From an uncultured archaeon (lineage in GTDB: Archaea > Aenigmatarchaeota > Aenigmatarchaeia > GW2011-AR5), in the NCBI GenBank assembly GCA_964599215.1, contig CAZRDV010000001.1, positions 55,615 through 119,614 on the forward strand: a stretch of 64,000 nt of DNA, written 5' to 3'. The notes under the pieces are model-generated. The model did no database searches and was not told the origin of the DNA. It worked only from the letters and a program-made list of their open reading frames with translations. Shown piece after piece: positions 28,794-38,348 of the stretch (position 1 is the stretch's first letter; every line of letters begins with the position of its first letter). The translations under genes were made by a program, and so were the position numbers.

Positions 28794-29083
28794 ATCTAGT
28801 ATATGGTGCGCTTCTCTTACATTCTGCCGGAAAGGAAATAAACGAAGAGTCAATAAAAAAGATAGCAGAAGCTACTGGTGAGAAAGTAGAAGAATCCCAG
28901 GTCAAAGCACTTATTGCTGCACTGGATGGTGTGAACATAGAAGATGTTATAAGCAAGGCAGCAATGCCTGTTGCCGTACCTGCAGCAGCACCTGCAGCAG
29001 AAGAGAAGAAGGAAGAGAAGCCAGAAGAAAAGGAAAAGAAAGCAGAAGAAGCAGCTGAAGGATTAGGTGCTCTTTTCGGATGA
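28790..29083 (+). CDS. rpl12: 50S ribosomal stalk protein L12/P1
   Basis: Ala/Glu/Lys-rich hinge and C-terminal GLGALFG motif. Overlaps the P0 stop. Confidence 0.8.
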   Translation: MNLVYGALLLHSAGKEINEESIKKIAEATGEKVEESQVKALIAALDGVNIEDVISKAAMPVAVPAAAPAAEEKKEEKPEEKEKKAEEAAEGLGALFG

Positions 29084-29135
29084 TTTTTTGGATTTTTGCC
29101 TGTTTTTATCAAATAATTAGATGTTAGAATCTATT

Positions 29136-30938
29136 TTATTCTAGAACAGCCCTTATTCTTCGCACGCCTGCAGACACTGCTTCCTCTTTGATAATCCTGA
29201 ATTTTCCAAGCTCTTTAGTGTTTTTAACATGCGGACCTGAGCATATCTCCTTGGAGAAATCACCTATTGTATAGACAGAGACGTGTTCTCCGTATTTAGA
29301 TTCGAAGAAACCGAGCGCACCCTGGTTTTTTGCAGCTTCAGGCGTCATCTCATCGCAACTAACATCAAGGCCGGATTCAATAATCTTATTTACAAGCTCT
29401 TCCACCTTTTTTAGCTGTTCTTTGGTCATCTTTTCTTTATGCGAGAAATCAAACCTTAGGCGCTCAGCAGTTATGTTGCTTCCCCTCTGCTTTACATGGG
29501 GTCCGAGAACAATTCTTAATGCCTCATGCAACAGGTGCGTTGCTGTATGGTATTTTACTGCTGTATTGCTGTGATCAGCAAGTCCGCTCTTGAATATGCC
29601 TTCTGTGCTCTTCCTGCTAAGCTCCTGGTGTTTTTCAAATTCATTTTCAAATTCTTTTTTGTCCACTGTCCAGCCCTTTTCTTTTGCAAGCTCCTCTGTC
29701 ATCTCGATTGGAAAACCATATGACTGGAAAAGGAGGAAGGCGTCTCTGCCGCTTATAATCTTATTTTTTGGTGCAAGCCTGCTGAAATGCTTCATTCCCT
29801 TGTCAAGTGTTTTTCTGAATCTCTCTTCTTCTTTTTCTATTTCGTCTATTATGAAATCCCTGTGCTTCTTAAGCTCAGGATAATGAGAATACATTTCAAT
29901 TATCAAGCCTGCTAGCTGGGTTATGCCATCCTTCATGCCCAATAGCATGGAATGTCTTATTGATCTTCTGAGCAGCCTTCTTACTATATAGCCATGGCCG
30001 AGGTTTGATGGGGTTATTGCCCTGTCGTCTCCGAGGACAAAAACAACAGCACGCATATGATCTGCAATTATCCTTTCTGATTTTGTATCTTCGTTTTCCG
30101 ATAACTCCCTTATCTTCTTTATTATTGGCAGGAATAGCTCTGTTTCATATACGCTTTCTTTTTTCTGCAGAACTGCTGTTGTGCGCTCAAGTCCCATTCC
30201 TGTATCAACGTTCTTCTGCTTCAGCAGCTCGTATCGTCCATCCTTTGTCTTGTTGTATTCCATGAACACGTCATTCCATATCTCGAAATACTTACCGCAG
30301 TTGCAGCCAGGTTTGCAGTTTTTTGAGCATTTTTTCTTTCCTATATCAAAAAACATTTCTGTGCACGGCCCGCACGGACCTGTCAGGCCTGATGGTCCCC
30401 ACCAGTTGTCTTTTTTTGGATTGTAAAACAGCCTTTCTTTAGGCACGCCGAGCTTCATCCATGCCTTTGCTGACTCCTCATCTTTCGGGGCGTCGCTGTC
30501 GCCGGCAAAAACAGTTACGTTTATCCTTTCTTTGTCAAGGCCCAGGCCTTTTGTCATGAACTCAAGGCTCCATTCTATTGCCTCTTTCTTGAAATAATCA
30601 CCAAAGCTCCAGTTTCCAAGCATCTCGAAGAACGTATTGTGGAAAGGGTCGCCAACATCGTTTATGTCGTCTGTACGCAGGCATTTCTGCACATCAACAA
30701 TTCTTTTTCCAAGCGGGTGTTTCTGGCCAAGCAAGAAAGGCACAAGCGGGTGCATGCCAGCTGTTGTAAACAAGACTGTTGGATCGTTCTCAGGAATAAG
30801 CGAGTATGATGGTATAAATTTGTGATCCTTTTCCTCAAAAAATTTTATATATTTCCTCTTCAGCTCTTCAGCTTCCATAGTAGAAATTATAGAATAGGAT
30901 ATTTTAAAAGCATTGATAAGATGGTTAGGAAGTAACAT
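29136..30938 (-). CDS. alaS: Alanyl-tRNA synthetase, short (600 aa) bacterial-type form
   Basis: N-terminus DPTVLFTTAGMHPLVPFLLG and FFEMLGNWSFGDYFK resemble E. coli AlaRS. Editing zinc motifs HTATHLLH and CSGPHV are present. No C-Ala domain. Confidence 0.8.
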   Translation of the reverse strand: MLLPNHLINAFKISYSIISTMEAEELKRKYIKFFEEKDHKFIPSYSLIPENDPTVLFTTAGMHPLVPFLLGQKHPLGKRIVDVQKCLRTDDINDVGDPFHNTFFEMLGNWSFGDYFKKEAIEWSLEFMTKGLGLDKERINVTVFAGDSDAPKDEESAKAWMKLGVPKERLFYNPKKDNWWGPSGLTGPCGPCTEMFFDIGKKKCSKNCKPGCNCGKYFEIWNDVFMEYNKTKDGRYELLKQKNVDTGMGLERTTAVLQKKESVYETELFLPIIKKIRELSENEDTKSERIIADHMRAVVFVLGDDRAITPSNLGHGYIVRRLLRRSIRHSMLLGMKDGITQLAGLIIEMYSHYPELKKHRDFIIDEIEKEEERFRKTLDKGMKHFSRLAPKNKIISGRDAFLLFQSYGFPIEMTEELAKEKGWTVDKKEFENEFEKHQELSRKSTEGIFKSGLADHSNTAVKYHTATHLLHEALRIVLGPHVKQRGSNITAERLRFDFSHKEKMTKEQLKKVEELVNKIIESGLDVSCDEMTPEAAKNQGALGFFESKYGEHVSVYTIGDFSKEICSGPHVKNTKELGKFRIIKEEAVSAGVRRIRAVLE

Positions 30939-31404
30939 TGCCTGTGGTATTGCCGGTGGTGTTGCCTGTTATCTCTTCGTAGCCGCATTCAAGCGGTGTT
31001 ATTAGCAGGATATTACAGAGGCTATCAAATATGTTGCCTCTGGTTACATTTGTTATTTCCTCTTCGCCGTAAGGGCCTGTTACAACAGCATAGGTCTCGT
31101 TGCCTGGTATTTTTTCAACTATAAGCTGGATTTGATTATCGTTGGTTCTTAGATAATCAGGAAGGTTGTCTACATAAGAGATTATACCTGGATCAGGGTT
31201 ATACACTTTCATTATTGTAAATCCTACTCTCAGATATTCATTCTCTATGGCTGGGTCCAGCTCCCCTTCTATTACAAACTCTTTCAGCTCGTTTGTTTCT
31301 TCCGGTGGGGTTATGGCGCTTGTAAATACATATGCAATACTTGACATGAAGAATATGGAGGCTACGAGCAGCACGCCTATTCTCTGTTTTGTTATCTTTT
31401 TCAT
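30925..31404 (-). CDS. Hypothetical secreted/membrane-anchored protein
   Basis: N-terminal signal/TM helix and C-terminal TGNTTGNTTGNVTS repeat (sequon-rich). Confidence 0.45.
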   Translation of the reverse strand: MKKITKQRIGVLLVASIFFMSSIAYVFTSAITPPEETNELKEFVIEGELDPAIENEYLRVGFTIMKVYNPDPGIISYVDNLPDYLRTNDNQIQLIVEKIPGNETYAVVTGPYGEEEITNVTRGNIFDSLCNILLITPLECGYEEITGNTTGNTTGNVTS

Positions 31405-32318
31405 TTTTCTCCCATGATGTAGTTATATGCTGATATGGCTGCTATTGCGCCATCAGCTGCTGCTGTTATGTTCTGCTTCAGTTGATTACTACTAATATCG
31501 CCGGCTGCAAAAACTCCAGGCACGTTGGTCTCTCTCTTCTCGCTTATAATTATGAATCCTTCCTTATCAAGCGTTACTCCGAGGTCTTTTATCAGGTTTG
31601 TTGCAGGAACAGACCCTATCTCCATGAATACGCCATTAACAGGCAGGGTAGATATTTCATTGGTTTTAACGTTTCTTATCTTGACTGAGTTTACAAAATC
31701 CTTTCCGATAATCTCTTCAATAACAGAGTCCCATATCATTTTTATACTGCTTTTGAACAGCCTGTCCTGTAATATTTTCTCAGCTCTCAGCTGATCTCTT
31801 CTATGGATTATGTAAACGTTCTTTGCCATACCCTCCATGAAAAGGGCCCCTTTTACAGCAGAATCGCCGCCGCCAATGATGGCAATATCCTTGTTCTTGA
31901 ACAGAGGCCCGTCACATACTACGCAATATGATACGCCCTTGCCTAAAAACTTTTCTTCTCCAGGAACATTGGCTTTTCTGTATTTAAGGCCTGTGGCAAG
32001 GATGACTGCCTTGGCTTCGTAATCAGACCTGGCTCTTACAAGAAAGTGGCTGTTCTTTTTGAGGATAACAATAACCTTATCCTTTTTTATTTCACAGCCA
32101 TGGTCAATGACCTGTTTTTTCATTTTGTCTATTAGGTCCTTGCCTGTTATGCTATCAAAGCCTGGATAATTCTCTAGCATGGGGGTTATTTCCAGGTTGG
32201 AGAGCTGTGATGGGTTATCTAGAACCAGGGTATTCATACCCTGCCGCCTGGCGAATATAGCTGCTGTTAGCCCTGCTGGTCCTGAACCAATTATTATCAG
32301 ATCGTACATTAGTATCAT
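31401..32318 (-). CDS. trxB: Thioredoxin reductase
   Basis: FAD motif IIIGSGPAGLTAA, redox CVVC active site, NAD(P) motif IIGGGDSA. Confidence 0.85.
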   Translation of the reverse strand: MILMYDLIIIGSGPAGLTAAIFARRQGMNTLVLDNPSQLSNLEITPMLENYPGFDSITGKDLIDKMKKQVIDHGCEIKKDKVIVILKKNSHFLVRARSDYEAKAVILATGLKYRKANVPGEEKFLGKGVSYCVVCDGPLFKNKDIAIIGGGDSAVKGALFMEGMAKNVYIIHRRDQLRAEKILQDRLFKSSIKMIWDSVIEEIIGKDFVNSVKIRNVKTNEISTLPVNGVFMEIGSVPATNLIKDLGVTLDKEGFIIISEKRETNVPGVFAAGDISSNQLKQNITAAADGAIAAISAYNYIMGEK

Positions 32319-32406
32319 CTGTATGATTAATTTTTAAAAGATTAAACAGGCAGCCAAAGTAATAAAAGGTTTTGTCCTTTGGAGGGGGAATAATTAGATC
32401 TTAAAA

Positions 32407-32492
32407 TAGCCCTGGTAGGATTCGAACCTACGTCACGAGGTCCAGAGCCTCGTATCCTTGACCATTTTCCAGATAATCTAGACCACAGGGCT
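32407..32492 (-). tRNA. Candidate tRNA-Gln(CTG) with about 13 extra nt in the D-loop (possible non-canonical intron)
   Basis: Reverse complement: acceptor AGCCCTG/CAGGGCT, anticodon stem-loop CGAGG-CTCTGGA-CCTCG, T arm GTAGG-TTCGAAT-CCTAC, discriminator A. The D-arm region is 31 nt rather than about 17-18. Confidence 0.5.
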
Positions 32493-32511
32493 TTATAAGA
32501 AATAGAATGAA

Positions 32512-32745
32512 TTAAACACTTAAATCTTTCAGTAGCTTGTTTCCCTTCCTTGTTATTATGAAACATGTAGAACCAAGCGGGTTTATAGCCCTTATCAGAT
32601 TCTTTTCAATCAGATTCTGAGTAGCAGAGTCTACAATGCCTGTGCTGTCAGGGCTGTTCAGGGTGTTTTTTAGCTCGATTTTTGTAGTTAACTTGGCTTC
32701 TCCTATTTTCTTCAATATCCTTTCTTCTGTTTTTGTTATGTCCAT
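32512..32745 (-). CDS. Small hypothetical protein, possible winged-helix
   Basis: 77-aa ORF. Weak support. Confidence 0.3.
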   Translation of the reverse strand: MDITKTEERILKKIGEAKLTTKIELKNTLNSPDSTGIVDSATQNLIEKNLIRAINPLGSTCFIITRKGNKLLKDLSV

Positions 32746-32827
32746 TGTACTTACCTAGGTATTTAATAATCTATGAAGAAATAAATAAATTACGATAGAT
32801 ATAAAAGAGTTAGAAAATAAGTTTGAG

Positions 32828-33259
32828 ATGAGAAAAATGCCAATAATCGGTCTGAATCTGAGATCAGTCAAAGCAAGTGTAAATGAGGTCAACAGCGGAA
32901 AGAGTGTGGACATCAAGTCATCTCCGGTAATAGAAAAGATAGTAAAGAAGAGCATAAATCTGCCAGGCGTAAATGAAATCCTATCAATAGGCTTTAAATT
33001 TACTACACATTATGAGCCTAAGGTCGGGGAAATATTCTTTGAGGGCGATGTTCTTTACAGTTCAGGAAATATAAAAGATGTGTTGAAGAAATGGGAAAAG
33101 GATAAAAAAATGGATGATAACATGGCTCTGGAGGTCCTGAATGCCATATTCAGAAGGTGTCTTACAAAGGGTATAGACATTGCGGCTGAGTTGGGACTGC
33201 CTCCGCCGATAAGGTTTCCGGTTGTAAAGCCAAAGGAACAGGATGAATACATAGGATGA
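32828..33259 (+). CDS. Hypothetical protein
   Basis: 143-aa ORF with no recognisable motif. Confidence 0.4.
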   Translation: MRKMPIIGLNLRSVKASVNEVNSGKSVDIKSSPVIEKIVKKSINLPGVNEILSIGFKFTTHYEPKVGEIFFEGDVLYSSGNIKDVLKKWEKDKKMDDNMALEVLNAIFRRCLTKGIDIAAELGLPPPIRFPVVKPKEQDEYIG

Positions 33260-33317
33260 CGTAATGCAATTGTAATGCCTATTTGTAGATTCTTTAGAAT
33301 AAAGCTATGGTACTGCC

Positions 33318-33641
33318 TCAGCCTCTAAGGTCGTCTAGTATATCTCTGCTTATTTTCTTTTCTTCGAGCTTTTCGTCCAGCAAATCAATCCTTTCCCTTA
33401 CGTCTTCAATGCTCCTCTTCAGTTCGAATATATCATCGTTCTTGATTGAAGAGATTTCCCTATTTATTGAATCTATTACGTCCTTCTGTTTTGTGAATTT
33501 CTCGCTTATTATACTTGCAAATTCCCTTAGAAACTCACTTATTTCCAGCTCTCTTTTTTCGGCAGTTGTCAATTCTTCGTACATTATAATGATAAGCTGA
33601 AAAAGTTTTAATAGGCGTAGCATTTTTGGCCATGAAAACAT
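33318..33641 (-). CDS. Hypothetical coiled-coil protein
   Basis: 107-aa helical, charged protein. Confidence 0.4.
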   Translation of the reverse strand: MFSWPKMLRLLKLFQLIIIMYEELTTAEKRELEISEFLREFASIISEKFTKQKDVIDSINREISSIKNDDIFELKRSIEDVRERIDLLDEKLEEKKISRDILDDLRG

Positions 33642-33684
33642 TTAAATAGGGGGAAAAACAACTTATACAAAGGAGGGAACTGAA

Positions 33685-34065
33685 ATGAAAATAAAAGGAC
33701 AAGCAGCCATGGAGTACCTCATGACATACGGCTGGGCTATAATTATTATAATTGTGGCTGTAGCTGCTCTTTATGCCATGGGTGTATTCAATCTAGGAGG
33801 GAGTACAGTACCTTGTTCACCGTGTTTCAGCTACTTTGCATTCATAGACTACGCTAACGATACACTTAAAATCAGAAACGGGGCTTACGATATTCAGTCC
33901 ATGACTATCGATACAGGAACACTGAGTACATCAACACCAAGCCCAGGTAACGATATAACCGTTACAGGGTTAGCAGGAACAGGTGACTTGACCCTTACAA
34001 TAACATACAACCTTACATCTTCTGGTTTGGTCCACACGGATTCAGCAACCATACACAGGGGATAA
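33685..34065 (+). CDS. Type IV pilin with class III signal peptide (Q+1/E+5 type)
   Basis: MKIKG|QAAMEYLMTYGWAIIIIIVAVAALYA has basic residues, Gly at -1, Gln at +1 and Glu at +5. Solitary gene, convergent with the pilus operon. Confidence 0.65.
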   Translation: MKIKGQAAMEYLMTYGWAIIIIIVAVAALYAMGVFNLGGSTVPCSPCFSYFAFIDYANDTLKIRNGAYDIQSMTIDTGTLSTSTPSPGNDITVTGLAGTGDLTLTITYNLTSSGLVHTDSATIHRG

Positions 34066-34126
34066 AAGGCTGCATAGATAGGTAATGTGTTTTATTTATT
34101 GAATTTTTTCTTATTCTTTTTTACTT

Positions 34127-35110
34127 TTAGAACATAGTACCGAACATACTTATAAGAACAGTTTTTGAAAGGAAGTATATTCCTAAGCCTAGGAAAAGCA
34201 ATATGGGAATGAATTTCAGCCCTGATCTCTCTGAACCCTCCTGCACCAGGCCTATGAGCATACCACCGAAAATAGATGTGATTAGAATAGCCAAGATAGA
34301 GTAGAGATTCAGGAATTCTGAATCAATTTCAGTGCTACTGAAGCTGATAAACGGGGCGTTGCCAGGAATGTTTTCTGTATCCATTCCCCCTGTTATCTCC
34401 CCCATGCTTGTGACAAGAAACCCTGATACCGAGTATAAGAGCGGTGCGCCTATTCCAGCCGCGAAGAAGATAAATATAACGTACATCATAACTATGGCGC
34501 TAACCTCTTTTCTCATGGTTTTTGTCTGCCTTATATCCTCTGCAAGGCTATCCAACAGGCTTGGAAGATTTCCGCCTTTTAGGAGTCCTTCTGCTAGCAG
34601 GTCCATGCTTCTTCTCAGGGCATTTGAATTGAATTTATCAACCAGCCTTTTGAGTGCGGTTTCTGCTGATTCTCCTGATATGGTCTCTTTTGCTGCCTGT
34701 TTGATTTCTGTCTCCAGTTGACCGAATTCAGGTCTTGCTGAGAGCAGCAAGGCCTTATCAATGGTGAAACCTGAACGAATATTGGATGAAAGGAGCCTTA
34801 AGAAATCAGGAATTATGTCTTCTACAAACTTTGTTCTGCTGTCAGTCTTTATGATCAAAACAGAGTGAATCAGAATCCCAAATAAAATAAAAATAACTAA
34901 AAAAACCGGCAGAACAAGGCTGCTGGCTATTATGCCTAAAAAATACAGAACAAGACTTATTAAACCAAATATAATGCCGTAAAAGACGAAAATACCGACA
35001 AATTTCTCAGCTGGCATGGATACCTTTGAATATATCAAATACCTCTTGATCCATCCCTTGTAGGAGGATGGTGCAAACCTGTACAATCTGTTATAAATTC
35101 TATACCTCAA
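34127..35110 (-). CDS. TadC/FlaJ-like T2SSF-domain membrane protein (pilus platform subunit)
   Basis: N-terminal TM pair, cytoplasmic T2SSF-like helical domain, C-terminal TM bundle. Last gene of the operon. Confidence 0.7.
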   Translation of the reverse strand: MRYRIYNRLYRFAPSSYKGWIKRYLIYSKVSMPAEKFVGIFVFYGIIFGLISLVLYFLGIIASSLVLPVFLVIFILFGILIHSVLIIKTDSRTKFVEDIIPDFLRLLSSNIRSGFTIDKALLLSARPEFGQLETEIKQAAKETISGESAETALKRLVDKFNSNALRRSMDLLAEGLLKGGNLPSLLDSLAEDIRQTKTMRKEVSAIVMMYVIFIFFAAGIGAPLLYSVSGFLVTSMGEITGGMDTENIPGNAPFISFSSTEIDSEFLNLYSILAILITSIFGGMLIGLVQEGSERSGLKFIPILLFLGLGIYFLSKTVLISMFGTMF

Positions 35111-35981
35111 TGGAAGGCCTCCTGTTCTTTATTATTCCGATGAAAGAAAACTGGAATACAATCAAAATAAGCAAGAGTAAAAAGAATATTGTTCTTGTTA
35201 TAGGGAACCCTGAAAATGAGGATATTATAATAAGAAAGGTAGTACCGAGCGAGGGTATGACCACGGCAAGCATCATGTACATCATTGCCATTGGGTTAAG
35301 CTGTGATCCGTATTTACGTATTGCTATTCTCTGTTCACTTGAAACATTATTAACAATGCTCTCAAGAGTGCTTCCTAGATCGGTACCTGACCTCATGGAA
35401 TTGGTTATCTGCCATATCGCCCTTCTGAAATGAAGAGACGGATTCTTTAATGCAAGTTCTTCCAGGGCAGTGTCTTCAGGCATACCAGTCGAGATTTTTT
35501 TGGTGCATATGGCAATTTCATCGGAGAGGGCACCATAGTTCTGTTTAGCGACGGAAACAAGCGAATCAAACAAAGAAACTCCTGATTTCACCTGTATGGT
35601 CAGGTGCCTTAAGCCATACAGAATATTTTTTTCCAGTTCTTTAACCTTTCTTGTAATCATAAGTTTCGGGTAAAGAAGTACATAAATAAAAGCTAGCAGG
35701 GAGACGCTGATAGCAGTTAGAAAAGATATGAATAAGAAATTAAGTTCAAGTATCTTCCCAAGGGTAAGGAATGATATTAATAAAAGGAAAAACCAGAAAA
35801 TTGATGTGATGAAGGCAACAGAGGCATACTCTCTTGCATCAATATCTATTTCAGCCTGTTTTAAGTACATATTAAGGGATGAGTGTTTTACTATCTTGTC
35901 CCCTATTCTTGTGAATCTTCTAGCTAACCTAAATATCTTTTCTAGAGGAAATGGAACAAAGGGAATTTTCTTCAATTTCAT
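35100..35981 (-). CDS. TadB/FlaJ-like T2SSF-domain membrane protein (second platform subunit)
   Basis: Same single-domain architecture as 34127..35110, overlapping it by 11 nt. Split platform as in bacterial TadB/TadC. Confidence 0.7.
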   Translation of the reverse strand: MKLKKIPFVPFPLEKIFRLARRFTRIGDKIVKHSSLNMYLKQAEIDIDAREYASVAFITSIFWFFLLLISFLTLGKILELNFLFISFLTAISVSLLAFIYVLLYPKLMITRKVKELEKNILYGLRHLTIQVKSGVSLFDSLVSVAKQNYGALSDEIAICTKKISTGMPEDTALEELALKNPSLHFRRAIWQITNSMRSGTDLGSTLESIVNNVSSEQRIAIRKYGSQLNPMAMMYMMLAVVIPSLGTTFLIIISSFSGFPITRTIFFLLLLILIVFQFSFIGIIKNRRPSIEV

Positions 35982-37507
35982 ATGCTCTCCAAATAGTATT
36001 TTGGGATAATTTCATCCGCATTCTTTTTGTTTTTTATGAGTTTCAGAACATTTTCAGGATCCTGATAATATTCGGAGATAACAAAACCGACGCCGTTTAC
36101 AGTATTAACCTTGTTCCTAACAAGCCAGTCGAGTATGACCTGCTTTGCTTTCAGGTCTTTCTGGATTTCAATTTCTGTCATCCCGCCATAAGACTTCAGC
36201 TTTTCCATCAGCTTGATGCTCTCTTTATATTTTATTATTTCGTCTTTCAATGGGTCCCATTTGAAAAGAACCCTTAACTCTTCTTTAGCCTTTTCCTCAC
36301 CTGTCGCTATGGTTGGGAGCATTTCCACTACCTCGTAGATTCTTCTTATGCCTTTTCTCCTGTCTCTGAACATGACTATCAGTAAATCTAATGATTCCAG
36401 GAGCGGCTCTGGCACGGATATCGGTGCGTTTACAAGCCTTCTGAATGTTTGTTCCGCAGTATCTGCATGCAGTGTAGAATAGACGCTATGGCCGGTGTGC
36501 ATTGCTTCAAAAAGAACTTCTGCTTCTTCTGCTCTTCTTATTTCGCCTACAACTATCCTGTCAGGCCTCATTCTAAGGCTGTTTACCAAAAGGTCTAGCA
36601 TACCTATCCCGCCCTTTCCTTCTGGATTTGGTTCTCTTGTTGTCAGTGGTACCCAGTGCAAGAAATCAGGCAGATTTACTTCTCGCGTGTCTTCTATGCT
36701 TATTATACGCTGATTTGGCGGTATGAAAGGCATTAGTGTGTTGAGAAAGGAGGTTTTGCCAGTTGCAGTGCCGCCAGAAACTATCATGTTCATCTCAAAT
36801 TCAATAGCCAGCCAGAGCAGTGCTGTTATTTGTGATGATGTTGTTTTGTGTTCAATTAGATCGGTAATGGTCCACGGCTTCCTTCTAAACATTCTTATTG
36901 ATATAGTATTACCTACAGTGGAGATTGGAAAAAGTGTTGCATTAACCCTGTCACCGCTGATTAGGTGTGCATCAAGCAGAGGGTGCATGGTTGTTATCTG
37001 TCTTCCAACCTTTCTTCCTATGGATGATGCATAGTTTAAGATGTTGGCTTCGCTGTCAATGGTAATGTTTGTCTTAAGCCAGCCGTATTGTTTATGATAA
37101 ACCCATACAGGGCTTTTTGATGAATTGACAACTATTTCCTCAAGCCTACCATCTGCCAATAACATTTCAATGTTTCCTAATCCAAGCATCTCGTGAACCA
37201 AAGAGGTTGCTAAAAAGTTCTCTTCTAGCTCAGTTATTCCGAAGAGCTTTTCTCTTATAATTTTAACCCCACGTGAGTATAACTTCGCTTTCATTTCTTC
37301 TAGGGCCTGTGGATCCAATAATTCATGTGTATTGATTTGTAATTTATTGATGATTTCTTCCTTTGCTTCATCAAGCAGCGCAAGCGTCCCTTCCTCCAGT
37401 TTTGGCATTTTTACAAAGTATATGGGAACAAAATCATGCTTGTCTTTTTTTATCTCTACTTCAACTTTGATTCTGTCAGCCGAAAACGAATATTTGTCTA
37501 TCATCAT
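35978..37507 (-). CDS. Type II/IV secretion system ATPase (FlaI/TadA/VirB11 family)
   Basis: Walker A GGTATGKTSFLNTL, Asp box IEDTREV, Walker B/His box RMRPDRIVVGEIR..HTGH. 509 aa with a long N-terminal domain. Confidence 0.9.
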   Translation of the reverse strand: MMIDKYSFSADRIKVEVEIKKDKHDFVPIYFVKMPKLEEGTLALLDEAKEEIINKLQINTHELLDPQALEEMKAKLYSRGVKIIREKLFGITELEENFLATSLVHEMLGLGNIEMLLADGRLEEIVVNSSKSPVWVYHKQYGWLKTNITIDSEANILNYASSIGRKVGRQITTMHPLLDAHLISGDRVNATLFPISTVGNTISIRMFRRKPWTITDLIEHKTTSSQITALLWLAIEFEMNMIVSGGTATGKTSFLNTLMPFIPPNQRIISIEDTREVNLPDFLHWVPLTTREPNPEGKGGIGMLDLLVNSLRMRPDRIVVGEIRRAEEAEVLFEAMHTGHSVYSTLHADTAEQTFRRLVNAPISVPEPLLESLDLLIVMFRDRRKGIRRIYEVVEMLPTIATGEEKAKEELRVLFKWDPLKDEIIKYKESIKLMEKLKSYGGMTEIEIQKDLKAKQVILDWLVRNKVNTVNGVGFVISEYYQDPENVLKLIKNKKNADEIIPKYYLESI

Positions 37508-38295
37508 ACCCTCCTCAAAACAGGCTTGCCTATGGCAGGATAGTCTATTTTTATAAGCCCGTGCTCTTCCAGTATCCTTGCCAGTTCTTCTATATGAGCT
37601 TCTTTCATTCCTGTTTCCTGTGCGATCTTTCCTATGCTGACCTTTGTTGTCACCATGTTCAATATCTTGTCTATATCAGTTTCTATTACGTTCCCCATTT
37701 CTTTTTGCATCACATCGAAAAACAGTCTCATTATACCTTTCATCACGTCTGTTCTGGTAGCTATGCCTGTTAAAGACCCCTTATTATTCACTACAGCCAG
37801 TCTTTCTGCATTGTTTTTATTTATCGTCTTTACCGCCTGGTTCAGGGTGTCGTCTTCCCTTACGGTAAATGGTTTGCGCATAACATCTCGGATAATGGTG
37901 CACCCCATGGCTTTTATGTCTTTGACGGTAATATCGTTTTTGCCCAATATTTTCAGTATGTCTGACTTGTTGATAATACCTACCAATTTGTTTCTGGATA
38001 GAACAGGGGCGCCATCAATCTTATCCCTGAAGAACATGTCTGCAGCGTTTCCTAGGTTGTCCTTTTCATCTAGCGTCTTCGGAGCTGGTACCATGATGTC
38101 CCTTATTTTTACAGTACCTATAATTATCTTATTCGTTACTGCCTTTACCCGCCTCTTCCTCGAAGCTGCAATATTGTCCAGTGTTTGCTTTGCTACTTTC
38201 TTTTGTGATTTTATTTTCATCTTTTTTTTACCAGCCTTTGGTGTCCTGTTTTTCATTTTGTTAACCTCCTTTTTCAATGATAATTTCTTAGCCAT
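37504..38295 (-). CDS. CBS-pair protein with C-terminal winged-helix domain, embedded in the pilus operon
   Basis: Lys-rich N-terminus, two CBS motifs (IMVPAPKTL..; VIRDVMRKPFTV..), C-terminal helix-turn-helix-like IGKIAQETGMKEAHIEELARILEEHGLIKI. ATGA overlap with the ATPase gene. Confidence 0.65.
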   Translation of the reverse strand: MAKKLSLKKEVNKMKNRTPKAGKKKMKIKSQKKVAKQTLDNIAASRKRRVKAVTNKIIIGTVKIRDIMVPAPKTLDEKDNLGNAADMFFRDKIDGAPVLSRNKLVGIINKSDILKILGKNDITVKDIKAMGCTIIRDVMRKPFTVREDDTLNQAVKTINKNNAERLAVVNNKGSLTGIATRTDVMKGIMRLFFDVMQKEMGNVIETDIDKILNMVTTKVSIGKIAQETGMKEAHIEELARILEEHGLIKIDYPAIGKPVLRRV

Positions 38296-38348
38296 AAATC
38301 ACCACCTTTTCTTATTCTATTATAATTTTCCATATATTAATTCTTCTT

